Origin: Lytechinus pictus
Lineage: Eukaryota
DNA length: 64,000 nt
Assembly: GCF_037042905.1 (NCBI RefSeq)
Contig: NC_087252.1
Span: 23,190,001-23,254,000 of the forward strand
Reading direction: 5' to 3'
This document shows, one piece after another, positions 26,531 through 39,434 of this stretch. The position numbers and the translations under genes are program-made. The notes beneath the pieces were generated by a model. The model was not told the DNA's origin. It did not search any database and saw nothing but the letters and a program-made list of their open reading frames with translations. Every line of letters begins with the position of its first letter. The first letter of the stretch is position 1.

Positions 26531-26602
26531 TGTCTCTACCGGGAATCGAACCCGGGCCCCCAGCTTTGAAGGCCGGTGCCTTAACCACTAGACCACAGAG
26601 AC
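26531..26602 (-). tRNA. tRNA-like gene with anticodon TCA (opal-suppressor-like, canonical 7/5 fold; not the tRNA-Sec fold)
   Basis: GTCTCTG TG GTCT AGTGGTTA AGGC A CCGGC CTTCAAA GCTGG GGGC CCGGG TTCGATT CCCGG TAGAGAC A: all four stems pair, A and B boxes intact, 72 nt. Confidence 0.75.
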
Positions 26603-26886
26603 GGGTAAGTGGCAAGGGCGACCCCGATCCGATTGACCATCAGATAAACAGATTTTCGACACCACCAATTAAATTTCCTTTGTTGGCTGTAGGTGAGTTT
26701 TGAACAATGACAAGCTGCCATGCCTCAGCTGGATCAAGCTATTGCTTAGATACAGTACATGTACGGGACCAATAGGAATTGTTCTCTTCATTCATTTCTT
26801 TCACAACATATTTAAATACAAGAGTTGCCAATTAAGCTGTTGTAAATGTATAATTTCTCACATCATACAATACAGTCCATACTGAC

Positions 26887-27231
26887 CTGCTTTTTCTATC
26901 GGGATCATACTGATATTGTAACCAGTGGATTGCCCATAGGGACCGCCATGGAAGACAATATAGAACTGATTGGTGGGTGTGTAGAAGTTCACTGGATTCT
27001 TGTCATGATGGTTGTACACGGCAAAAGCTTGGTCGTGATCGTGGTAATCACTGCCGTGACCGAACGCGAGGAAACCTTTCCAATCGATGGAGAAATCGTT
27101 GAATATCACACGGACAACGTAGTCATCAGGAGCCGTGATGATATAGACCAGGTAGTCTTTCGGTGGGTAAGGGTTTGGGTAGTTGGTCGATGAGATGGTG
27201 TAAAGCTGTTCCACTTGAAGGTTCTCTTGCA
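26887..27231 (-). CDS. CUB-like exon C5 (type B)
   Basis: 345 nt; VQENLQVEQLYTISSTNYPNPYPPKDYLVYIITAPDDYVVRVIFNDFSID...FHGGPYGQSTGYNISMIPIEKA. Confidence 0.91.
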
Positions 27232-27994
27232 CTGCGAAGATAACGGTAAGGATGATTATGTAATTGTAATTACAATTGTAAAGATGTTGATGATGATGGT
27301 AATGTTGTTACTGGTAGTTATATTGACATTGGTGGTGAAGGTACTGATGATGATAAAAGGACCAAGTCATGTCGGAATTTTTTTGTTTCGGAATATGCCG
27401 GAGTTGCACCGGTCGGAATCCGGTATCCCGATGAATTAATTCACGAACGGGAAGGTACAAAAAAGTCACTGATTATACAATATTGATTTAATTTTTAAAC
27501 AAATATTCATAAAAAAACAAGAAAATATGAAGAGAAGACAGGAAAAAAACTTGCTGATGTTTACGTGGCTATCTTGTTCTCTTTGTTAGAAGCTAAGTTA
27601 CGAGATGCATATAGAGTCTGCCGCCCACTAAATGCGTCTCGTAGCTTAGCTACTAACAAAGAGAACAAGATGCCCAGGTAAACATCGGCAAAGTTTTTTC
27701 CCCATCTTCTCATCATATTTTTCTCAGTGGTCACCTGTCATGTATTACTTAATTTTGCGGCTAAGCTTGATATCTGCAAATAATTCAGGGTGAGGGTCAC
27801 GACCGTCCAAATTAATTCAGGGTTCAAAGGGTTAAAGACTTTTGTAACCTGAAATGTTAAGTTTGTTTTTCTCACCCATGTCCACAGCAAATGATGAAGA
27901 TAAATTTCAGAATTCATCTTATGCTCCTTGACGGAGGTTTGAATTTCAACCGAACTATCTTTCTTAAGAAATTCAGCAAAAGCAAAGTACTCAC

Positions 27995-28135
27995 CTATTG
28001 TATCTGGTGTCCCGCATCCTTCTATTTCATCCGACCTATCTTCTGGGGCGCAGTCATAGTAGAAATCACACTGATAAGAACCCGGGATGCATCGGCCGCT
28101 GCTCAGACATCTAAAGTCACTCTCTTTACAAGTAC
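27995..28135 (-). CDS. LDLa exon 13
   Basis: 141 nt; (C)TCKESDFRCLSSGRCIPGSYQCDFYYDCAPEDRSDEIEGCGTPDTI; AAG acceptor, donor gtgagt. Confidence 0.89.
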
Positions 28136-29899
28136 CTTTATACAGATATTGTCAAAGAAGATCAGAGGTTATAGTTTATCAGATAAGAAAAAAACATTGT
28201 CCTGGGGGCCGTTTCATAAAGCTGTTTGTAAGTTAATTGTGACTTTAGGAACGACTGGTGATCCTTTCTTGTGGTAAGTAATATTCACCATTAAATGTTC
28301 ATCGGTGATTATATAGCACGTAAGAAAGTATCACCAGTCATTCTTAAAGTCGCTCCTAACATATGAACAGCTTTATGAAACACCCATCGGGTACCCATTT
28401 CATAATACTTGTAATGATAAAAAATTTGCAATAACGTTTAAAGCTATTGAAATAATCCAATTTGATTGGCTGATAGTAAATTTGTACTAGAAACTGTGCA
28501 TTTGGTATTATAACAAGTCTGCAAGAAACAGATCCCAGGTCTATCGGTCAGGAAAAATAATTATTTTGCTATTTTAAAAGCGCTACCCTCCAATACTAAC
28601 ATAAGAGGAGCATTGATGATAGAGGTACATGTAGAAATCAAAATTGCAAATTAATAATTATTTTGCTACAATGAATAAAAAAAAAAAATTGAACTAAAAC
28701 TCATTTCCTTTGCACTATTGTGGCTGCTTCAGCAACCCCTATGTTCTTGGCCATTGACAGTGCGATCTCGAAATCTAAGGATTTTTTTCTCCAAATCTAG
28801 GGACGGCTAACAGGCGGGACACAATAACGTTAACAATCATCTGAACTGTCCTATCAGTCACGTTTGGTCAAAATTTTGATTTTGAAATTTTAGAAGAAAA
28901 TGAAATTACAAGTCCTCAATTTCTGGGCAGCAAATTTATTTTTTAGTTCCTGAGATATGAGGGGATTTTCAAGGCAATGTCATACAATTTTTTTGACAAA
29001 ATGCTCAAATCCCCTTGAAAACATGTACTGGGTATAACAAACAAACAAACAGCTATGTGCACTTAATTAATATGTAAATGCATGGTCGGTAAGCCATTGA
29101 ATCTGCGATTCACTAACTTTGCACGTGAAAGAGTGTAACAGCATTTTGATGATGGCAAGTACTGAAAATGTGGTCAGCGTTGTACTCCCTTTGTCGTTCT
29201 TTTGCAATAATTTATCTGATTCTTTTTTAACCCTTTCCACGCGTACTTCGCACCAATGCACACTCGGTGCCGTGCGAACTTCGCATTTCACACTCAACAA
29301 ACAATGCATTGTTTCCCTCCCTGAAAATAATTCAGTACAGACGGGTTCATGGTCCAGCGCACAAAGAGTTAATCATAAACAAAGATACCACTGACTGTCA
29401 AGCAACTGTGTTGGTCTTTCCAACCACGTATTTTTCCAGCACTGAAAATCTTGAAAGACTGTAGACAAAAGTGTGGAAATCATAATAAACTTTGAAGTTG
29501 AATTTCTTCTGAAACGGGTTTTGCACTGTCATATTATGACTGATGACGATAATGCCCATTATACTGAAAGTCTAAACGAGAATAGTATTATTATTATAAT
29601 TTACAAACAGAGGAAACTACATGCAAAAGGGAAACAAATTGCATTGGGGCTCGAGGAGAATTCGCCCCCGAAATGCCCTACAGAAAAAAAAAAAAAAATT
29701 CAGCCTTTGGCCGGCTGCGATGAAGTTTTCTCAAAATACAAGTTCAACCTCAATACAGAGCCCCTGAAATTCCCATAGGGTCTAATGTAAACTGTAATAC
29801 AATGTAGCAAACTTATGCTGATGAGCTCCAAAAGAAACCCAGAAATTTTTGTATATGTTTTCCCTGACATATACATTTTGCATCATCATCGTCGCTTAC

Positions 29900-30016
29900 A
29901 GTTAAACTCATCATCGTGGCCAGGACAGCTTGAGTCGTAGTTGCATCTAAGGTACCCCGGGATGCATATATCCGTGTCTTGGCATCTGTATTCGTCTTGG
30001 TGGACACCACATTCTC
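29900..30016 (-). CDS. LDLa exon 12
   Basis: 117 nt; GECGVHQDEYRCQDTDICIPGYLRCNYDSSCPGHDDEFN + T|GT (split Cys codon). Confidence 0.9.
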
Positions 30017-30949
30017 CTAAAGAAACACGCACAGATTAAAATTGTTGAAAAGCCCTTTTCACAGAAGGATAGCCATCAGTTTTCATGGAGGATTTTACAC
30101 CATACAAATATAAATAAAGAATATAGGATTTGTATAGTGCACGTATCCACCTTGCTAGGTGCTCAAGGAGCTCCTATATTACCCCGGCTAAGCTAGTCTA
30201 CCGATTCTGGTGCGCACAGCTTTTTTTAGGAATTACTTCCCGCCGCTACCCATTTACCTCACCTGGGTAGAGTGGAGCACAGTGTGGATAAATTTCTTGC
30301 TGAAGGAAAACATGCCATGTCTAGGATTCAAACCCACGACCCTCTGTTTGAAAGGCGAGAGTCAGAACCACTAGACCACGACGCATCCGACACATAAATG
30401 ACACATGGTCGAACCATGGGAGATCAACGAGTCAAACAGTCAAACTAGATGGTTACAACACTCTTGTAAACTTGGAATATGAGAGGACCTTTATGTCATT
30501 TTGTGACTTTGGATTCTGAAGCTAATTAATGTGAGGAAGTACATGTACAGCCTCTCTGCGGTTGAACAAATCTCTACTTATTGACATGTGCTTAGAAAAG
30601 ATTATGGAAGTTAGCTTGTGTCAAAATATTCTTCATTTTCACTGAGTGGAATCTGTGCAGTGCCCTTGATAAGTTTGCCCAGCTTCTTTTGGAACCCGGT
30701 CTCGTTCTACAGTAATGAGCAAATCATTGTTATGAAGACAAATCAAGGGCCCCTTATCATAAAGCTAAGCTACTTTGTGGGGCTGTTTTCTACTACTGAA
30801 CACATTATCAACCTGCTTTCCTAGGGCAAGTGAAAATGACATGCAGGCCAGAATTTCTCAATTATCAAGTGAATTGCCCAATCAGGAAAGTGGTTATTTA
30901 AAAAAAGAATAAATACAATGACTTAATATTTTTTTGATAAAATATGGTA

Positions 30950-31536
<587 letters not shown>

Positions 31537-33183
31537 CAAACCTGCCAACCTTTGATAATAAAAAAATCAGTATCAATACTACGAGGGCACCGAGTGGGTG
31601 TCCGGCCCGTTTTAACGGTAGGCCTAGGGGCTCTTTACATTTTCAGCATGTAAGAGTAGCGCATTTCAGTACACTTTTTAAAGCAAATATACCCTCATAA
31701 TCTACCTTTACGTAATTTAATATCATTTGTCAATTAAAAGAAGGTCTTTAAATATCACTTTTGTGACAAAAAAACACCCAGTTTCATGCAGGTGTGATTT
31801 GTTTTCATTTAAATCTATGAATTTTTCTTGTTCACCAGAGCTCTCAAAAACTATAATTTTGAATATATTTTTGAGAGCCCTCTATTGGTGGAAAGTGAGA
31901 TTGATGCAGATCTTCATCTCCACAGATTCTCTTTTTAATTAGAAAAAATTAATTTCAATAATTCAATTGAGTTATGGGACAAGGCATAGGCCTATTTTTA
32001 TGATGAATTTAGATCTAAGTTGGGCCTAACTTACTGTATGAAAAACTGACGTGCCAAAAAATCAAACATTTATCCAGCCTATATCAAGAGAAAATAAGCC
32101 AAACATTGACAATCATATTCATGTTATTTCACCGCACAGGGGTTACTGACTGTGGACAAAACCTAAATTGGATAAGTGCTTGTTGGTATAAGAGAGCAGA
32201 TTTTCAGCCATGACAAAAACGGAGCCGAAACTAAACGGCTGCATGCGCCCGACCCGCACTGCGCACTTGCGGTGCGCCGGTGAGCTAAGACGGGGAGGCA
32301 CCGGGAGCTTAGGCAAGCGAAGCATGTAGATTTGGCGTTCGGCTCCGAAGGCTCAACTTGAGATCGAAATTTGATAATCTCCTTTCTTCCTCAAAAATTT
32401 GACAACTATTAAAAAAATAAAGTACAGATCAATGATAAAATTGCGTTGGGATAGATCTAACTTAGAGTAGCGTCGGTGCGCTGCTGGCCGGGCGGCGCGG
32501 GGGTATGGTGTGCAGCCGTTTGGCAGCTGCAGCATGCAGGCAGCGCAGAAGCTCAGCAATATACCACTGAAATCACCAAACACACTAGACATACACTGCA
32601 CATTCACTAACTCACTTCCACACTACAAAATCTTCCGGCGACATGGGCAAAACCTCAAATAAAAGGTGAAATTTTCTTACCTAAATCACCATATTTCGCG
32701 TCAAAAATATCACCACCAATAATTTTTAACATCGTAGTTAGGAAACAAGGGGTCTAAAAAAGTGTATTTTTTACGGTTTTTCCGATGTTCGTGGATTATG
32801 AAAACATGTCCTCACTAAAAACTGGCACTTTCGCGAGCCGATGTCAGCCGCCATTTTTTTCCGGAAGTCAACGCTAAGTGCGGCCGTAGCGTGCACGCTC
32901 GTTATTTGGAACTGCGCACTTAGCAGTGTTTGCGCGCCGTTTAACGTCGCTCTCTGTGCAAAACTAGCGCATTTGCGTAGCCGTGCGCTCCAGTCGTTTA
33001 TGCGTTAGTCGCATCTTGATATGAGCCGTGCATGCGTTAGTCGCATCATACAGCCGTTTCAATAATTTCAACACTATATTGATTAACCCAAAAATCGGAA
33101 TTTTGGTTTTAAAATTCGGAATTCGGAATGGAGGTATAAAAATCGGTATAATTCCGCCAAAATCGGAATGGTTGGCAGGTATG
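31537..33183. mobile_element. TIR element with 6-bp TSD inserted into a (CAT)n microsatellite
   Basis: TSD CACCAT; caaacctgccaacc...ggttggcaggtatg. Confidence 0.68.
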
Positions 33184-33332
33184 CACCATTATCATCACCA
33201 CCATCATCAATCATCATCATCAGCATCATCATCAGCATCATCACCATCATCATCATCATCACAATCATGACTTCCTGGTGGGCCTATTTACTACCATCAT
33301 CACCTTCGAGCTCGAAAACGGCAAATACTGAC

Positions 33333-33473
33333 CTGGAGCAGGGTATGTGCAGTCCATTTCGTCGTCTCCACCCAAGCAATCATAATACCCGTCACATTGC
33401 CACCATAGAGGAATGCACTCAGAATCATCGAGGCATTGATAAGCTGTGTCCGGACATGCAGGATGTACATGAC
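33333..33473 (-). CDS. LDLa exon 11
   Basis: 141 nt; GHVHPACPDTAYQCLDDSECIPLWWQCDGYYDCLGGDDEMDCTYPAP; donor gtcagt. Confidence 0.92.
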
Positions 33474-33609
33474 CTGAGCAAATAGTGTGACAATATCAGA
33501 TGATTATGACATCACACACACATACTGATTTCACAACCTCTGCTAAACAATCCCACCTGTCTATACAATGACTGCAGGTTAGATGACGATATGCTAATTC
33601 AGAACCTAA

Positions 33610-34292
33610 CTCTAAAAGGACTGGGCTTTTTGAGATGTATTGAGGACTGGGGGGGGGGGGCATGATCTCCACCACCCTTCACGCGATCATAAACTACAAA
33701 CTAGTAAAAAACTCTGAAAATAATTATTTTTATTTATTATGGATAAAATATGCAAATTTGTCCATGAAAAACATTATTTGCATATTTAACACCCAATTTC
33801 ACTTCAAATTTTCTTCTTTTATGCAGGTCATCTTTGTAATCTAATTCAAAGGTATCCACAAAGAATACTTGCGAAAGCCAATTTTTTCCTTATGTATTTC
33901 TTTGTTTTTAGAATTTCTTATGTTTTTTTTTCATCTTTTGTTTTTCATTGCTTTTTTCAACAGAAATTATTACAGACCATTTAATAATTAAATTTAACCT
34001 TAAATTAATTAAGCAGACCAATTAGAATGAAAAATTACCACCCTTTTATGAATTTCATCTCCCATAGACTTTGTACACAAAGTATAAAAATGAGTCATTT
34101 TCGGCATGAAGTAGTCTCGTAAAAGTCACGTGACGACGCGATGCTATACCCGTATGTCGCGAATTAGGTCTCAAAAGTTGCGCGAGACTTCAAAGAAAAA
34201 AGTCATAAAATTTTGTGGCGCTATCTTTTTGCCTTTCGGAAATATCACGCAGAGCGTTGTGGGGCAATCATGCCCCCCCCAGACTTTTAGGG
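33610..34292. mobile_element. piggyBac-like MITE (diverged copy)
   Basis: Ends AGGG|TTAA; interior ggtctcaaaagttgcgcgagact shared with the family. Confidence 0.68.
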
Positions 34293-34582
34293 TTAATACA
34301 TAAATACTGCCATAGTTTTGATACCAAGACGCATAGCAGGTACTTTCCTCTCAAAAACAATCTATTTTCTTGATACAAATAAACTAATGGGTTAATCTAT
34401 TCACTATTTTATCTAATTAGCCTCTAAAAGGGATACTTTAGGTATGAGTATGAGAACTTTGAGAAACCACACATAATGTTGGTCAGGTCGTGCTACCTTC
34501 AATTAATCCCTTGCCAAATGGAACCAGGATATACCTGTACAAAGTCTATGGGAATGACATAATTCAGTGGGTTAATACATAC

Positions 34583-34921
34583 CAGCATGCACTGCCATCA
34601 TGGACAGAAAGAAGCCTCGGGTTCCGACGTAAGCTCCACTGTAATACTGCACCGAGATTGTGTTATCGTGGGAGAGAAGGATTTCGGGATTGAAATCGTG
34701 AAAATAGTGGGCCCAATCGTTGGAGTGGTTAGCCACCATATGACCATCAGAGAAGACAATGAAGGACTGAACGCCAAGGTCGTAATCAAGGAAGTCAAAG
34801 TGGATCAGAGCGCCCTCGGGGGCGGCAATATGCCAGAGTTGGTAGATGGCCGGGTCGGCCGACTGCGGCCAGTTCTGGGAAGTGACGTTGACTTTCTCAC
34901 CCATCGCCAATGTGATGTTGG
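34583..34921 (-). CDS. CUB-like exon C4 (type A)
   Basis: 339 nt; TNITLAMGEKVNVTSQNWPQSADPAIYQLWHIAAPEGALIHFDFLDYDLG...TRGFFLSMMAVHA. Confidence 0.89.
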
Positions 34922-35174
34922 CTGTAACAGTGATTAAAATAATAAAAATAAATAATAAATCATCAGAAAAACAAACATAACCTGGATAGTTCAGTTTTTT
35001 TTATATTTCACATCAATTAAAATCATCTTCCTAATTCTTTTAAAAAGATAATTTCTCGTGTGAAATGCTCATTTCAAGGTTAGTCATTAGCAATTGTTAC
35101 GCTAGTCATTAGTAATTGCTGACAAAGAGTACATTAATGAATCTCACATACAGGTACTCTGACTCTAATGTTAA

Positions 35175-37406
35175 AGTTGAATTAAGAAGGGGGTGAGTTT
35201 CCATAAATAAGGGTTCCACACACAGTATATAGTATATATCAGTTGTTCAAACAGATAGCATATGTCACAAAAATCCTCTGCCTTCTCGATATTTAGCTTT
35301 GAAAGTCTATGAAATTAGCCACCTGTCAGAGCCCGAGAGCCGAGTGTACAGAAAAATCACTCTGAGTGTGACGTCACCGGGGGGAATTTAGTATGAGGTG
35401 TCCGGATGTAATAAAGAAATGCTATGCAGAGAGAGAAAGATGATTTTACAATTTTTTTTCAAAGCAACTCAAATCAAACAAATAGGAATCATAATTTATG
35501 TACAAATCTTTACTTTCCCTGTATAAAAAACAGTATGAATAACTATCATGAACTCTTAAATCATGATGTAAGATTGCAAACAGTGAGTTATTGAATGATA
35601 TTTTCACTATTTCTCATTTATTTTATCACGATGTTCCATCAAGTGAGTAGCTGGAAAGTAATTCCGGCGGCTAGCTCAGCTCTGCGCGCGCTGCACGCCT
35701 ATACAATACACCTTTGCAATACACACAACACTCAGGCATTGAGTGTGTCTGGTACCGGTATGTCGACCCGCAGTTCATGACCATGCAGCGATCCCCTGGC
35801 GTCTTTTTCTTCTTTCCTTTTGTCTTTGACTCCATTTTTATATCCTCTGGATCATTTCCACTCATAGTTCATTCCACAGAACAATCTTGAATCAAACTTA
35901 CTATTCTTCTCGGCCTTCCGAGTTGTTTTCTATATTTAAAGGGGATCGAATCCAGCCTTGACCATAAAATGTTTTGTTGGGAAGGAGAAAAATAAATTAA
36001 ACAGAATGGTGAAAGTTTGAAAGAAATCGGACAAGCAATAAGAAAGTTATAGCTGCTTTAAAATTGAGATCACTAATAGTATGTACATTTCAAATTGGCA
36101 ACTGGGTAATAAATTATGACAAGAGGCAAGGACAACTTTCCCATAGGCCATGTACTTTATTATCAGGGATTTGTGGTTTTCTCCTAAGTACCCATTCCCC
36201 TGGGGGAGTAATCTAAATATAACCCAGGTAGTATATTGTTTAATGTCCTCATGAAAGAAAAATATAATTTGAAGTAAAACTTTTGGGGAAAATGACATTT
36301 TAGCCATAATATGTATTGGAGTACATGGAAGAGTAGTCCTTGCCTTACATCACTATGACATCCCATATGCGGCCAATTTGAAGTCTCCATGAGTATAGTG
36401 ATTATTAATATTTACAACTTTTACAAATTCATAACTTTCTTGTTGTTTGTCCAATATTGTTCAAACTTTTGCCTATCAACTTGTCTGATTTTTCTTTTCC
36501 TTATAAAAACAAGTTTTTATTTGGGTTGGATTCATCGTCACACATACAAACGCAATTCGCAAGTGAGTTGAAGACAGCAAGAAAGGTATGCAGTATGGTA
36601 GCTCGACAGCTAGCTGAGCCCGAGCGGGCGGCCGGTCGGCACAAAGCAATTCCGCAACCAACTGTGTTTTTTGCAAGAGCCGCGTCACACGCGGATAAAT
36701 ATGTCATAATAACACGTCTGCGCTGCTACGTTATTGACTGGTACTGGTGAGAAGATCTCGATCAAATTTCATATTATTCGCCTTGAAATTATTCCTTTAG
36801 GGTCTATGGTATCATTCTGAGGGAATTTACATATTTGGAATAATAGTACGGCCATAAATATACTTTTAATCATTTCCTCTTTGCAAGTTCGCAGATATAC
36901 AGATACAACTTCAACTGCAGTTTATTCCATTATGACTTGTTTCGCCACGGACACAGTCCTGAACGAAAACAAGGCATTAAAATCGTCTAAAATTGCTACA
37001 AAGAACAGTTTTAACAATGTAGGGATATATTATTGACTATATGTCTTTGAATAATTATTACTTACTTTCAGTATCGTTCACATAAAATCAATAGCGATAA
37101 AATGAAGTTTTGACACAAAAGTAAATATGAAGGCGTACGTGCATAGTACACAAAACGGCACTGCCTTGTTTCCTACACCGGGACGTACGGACCGAATACC
37201 CCCCGTGACGTCACAGTCAAATAACACCCGTCTCGGTAGGCATTGCAGGAGCGAACTCAGGGAAAATGGGTAGGGATAAATCGTTCAAATTCACTATTTT
37301 CAAAAAAGAAAATGGGGGGTCGAATCACCTCTTAGTGTTTGGGGGGTTGTAAGGTTGCTATTAATGTAAATATCTCAACATTTGGAATCGTCTTCTTAAT
37401 TCAACT
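35175..37406. mobile_element. 2.2-kb TTAA-flanked DNA element (Kolobok-like termini) with a nested MITE at about 35940-36533
   Basis: ttaa|agttgaattaagaag...cttcttaattcaact|ttaa; inner inverted gtgacgtcac-G/C blocks; nested copy closely matches 42508-43102. Confidence 0.65.
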
Positions 37407-37606
37407 TTAAGTTGTAAATCAGACCTAAATATATCTTACAAATTCTTACAGCTCATAAATGCAATTAAACAAGCAATTTAAAGCAGGATAATACACTTGG
37501 AGAATAAAAGGGTGATAACGCATAATTCACAAAATGATTCTTTGCAATTTTTTTTTTAAATATTCTTTTTTTACCATTTCATCCCCATCTAAAAGTCAAA
37601 TCTTAC

Positions 37607-37741
37607 TTGGTTCAGTATCAAAATGGCACAGCATCTCGTCGTCACCTCCAACGCAGTCATAGTAGTAATCACAGAGGAAATAGAGAGGGATACACTTGCC
37701 ATCGTAAGCACATTGGTAGTGGTCCAACTCGTTGCAAAATC
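37607..37741 (-). CDS. LDLa exon 10
   Basis: 135 nt; GFCNELDHYQCAYDGKCIPLYFLCDYYYDCVGGDDEMLCHFDTEP. Confidence 0.93.
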
Positions 37742-38517
37742 CTGACAGAGATAGAGAGAGGAATAAGCGTGAAAACAATACATGTATATATTGATGGGTC
37801 TTATTACCATATCACCATGATTTCATTTTTATACTAGATGGATACAGATGCTGAAGAGGGCACCTAATCATGGGGAGGCGGGGGGGGGGGGGGTGGTGGG
37901 CGTGGGTTAGATGAAAAAAAAAATGGCCCCTTTTTTTTCAGCAGGAGTGTCAACGATCACACATAAAGTAAGCTGAAACGTGTTGATAAATGCTAAAATT
38001 GAAAGAGCTCCCAGAACTATTGTACAGATGGAAAAGCTGAAATCAAGCTGAAAATCAAAAGCAAAAATGGGTGAAAGCAGTGAAAAATGTGAACTCTCAC
38101 ACTTTTAGTCAGGCAATTTTGAACGGGAAAGGTAATATCCGATTCCATAATTTTGCATTTGTGTGGTGACTGAACATTTTGTTGGCAATTATCCAAGCTG
38201 TTGTATTGGTGATACAACAGTGCAGGAATTCATTACAGAAAAAATAATGTTTTCATTTTATTGTCAACGCTTGAAAAAAAAAAACAATAAAAAATATGTT
38301 CGTCGAAAACTACATGACAGGAATGCGTATGAACGGCTTCCAAATTTCATATATTTGTCCTCAATCTAAAGTCAATAATTTGAGGAAAAATAAAAAGAGA
38401 GCTGCATGCTTATTCATTTAGGTTGAAGCATTCTTCTTAAATTCCTCTGTTCGAAAAGACAATAGGATACAATACCCCTGGCCACACATTCAATAAATTA
38501 CTTGTATCTCATATTTG

Positions 38518-38928
38518 CAGACCTGCCAACCTTATACAACCAAAAAAGTATTCTAATAATGGGAAAAAAAAGTATTTTTGACAAAAAAGAGTATTTTTAA
38601 AGGTCTGTCTCAACGTAACAATTGCCAACCTGTTGTAGTGGGATTAGTGAGGAAACGTGAAATGACTCTACTTGGAAACTTGATAATTCACCCTTTAAGA
38701 CATGTGCTCGTAGGCAAGAATTTACTTGTTCTTTTCATGCAACAAGAGACTGGCCCAAGAGTAATTTTTACCAGTCTGGGACTGTCCAACCGGCGCTAGT
38801 GTCACGCGCTGTGTATAATACATACTCCATGATCAGAAATTAAAAAAAAGTTACAAATCAAAAGTATTGGTGTATTTATAGCAAAAAGAGGAACAAATAC
38901 TCTAAAAAGGGAACGGTTGGCATGTCTG
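38518..38928. mobile_element. TIR element with 6-bp TSD (same TIR family as 31537-33183)
   Basis: TSD TATTTG; cagacctgccaacc...ggttggcatgtctg. Confidence 0.72.
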
Positions 38929-39317
38929 TATTTGCGTGCAAAATTAATACAAGCAGATGGGACATGTACATGTAAGAAGAGAGGGGAGAGAAAATGAAAG
39001 ATAAAAAAAGAGTACAGATGGACAGAGAGAAAGTAACTCTATTTTATTTCATTTTAAGAGCATTTAGCTTTTCTCATGAATGCTTTGAAAATATTGCTCC
39101 AACCTACATGCACTTAACAGAATACCATACTGCCATCCTTCTATTGCTGTCATATCAAGCACAAAACATTAGTCTTTTCAACTACATGTATGTGTGACGT
39201 GATTTAAAAGGACCAAGTATTAATATTATTATCATCATTATTACTACTATTATTGCTATTATTATTTCATAAATATTTTACATTATCATAACTATTATCA
39301 TTATTATTATAACTTGC

Positions 39318-39434
39318 CACATTCTTCCGGTGACTCGTCTGAACCATCCGAGCATTGGTAAAAGTAATCACATCTCAAATTATCAGGGATACAAAGACCA
39401 TCGTTGCATCTGAATTGTTGATCACTGCACTCTC
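39318..39434 (-). CDS. LDLa exon 9 (GC donor)
   Basis: 117 nt; [39 protein letters not shown]; the phase-compatible donor is TG|gcaagt. Confidence 0.87.

Larger units (their letters stand above)
26434..26803. mobile_element. MITE-like element with 26-bp inverted repeats enclosing the TCA tRNA-like gene
   Basis: tgaaagaaatgaatgaagagaacaat (26434-26459) is the reverse complement of 26778-26803; TA-rich flanks. Confidence 0.7.

Noticed and set aside
26531..26602. Calling the TCA tRNA a selenocysteine tRNA
   Set aside because: It has 7/5 acceptor/T stems, a 4-bp D stem and a 4-nt variable loop, whereas eukaryotic tRNA-Sec has 9/4 stems, a longer D stem and a long variable arm.
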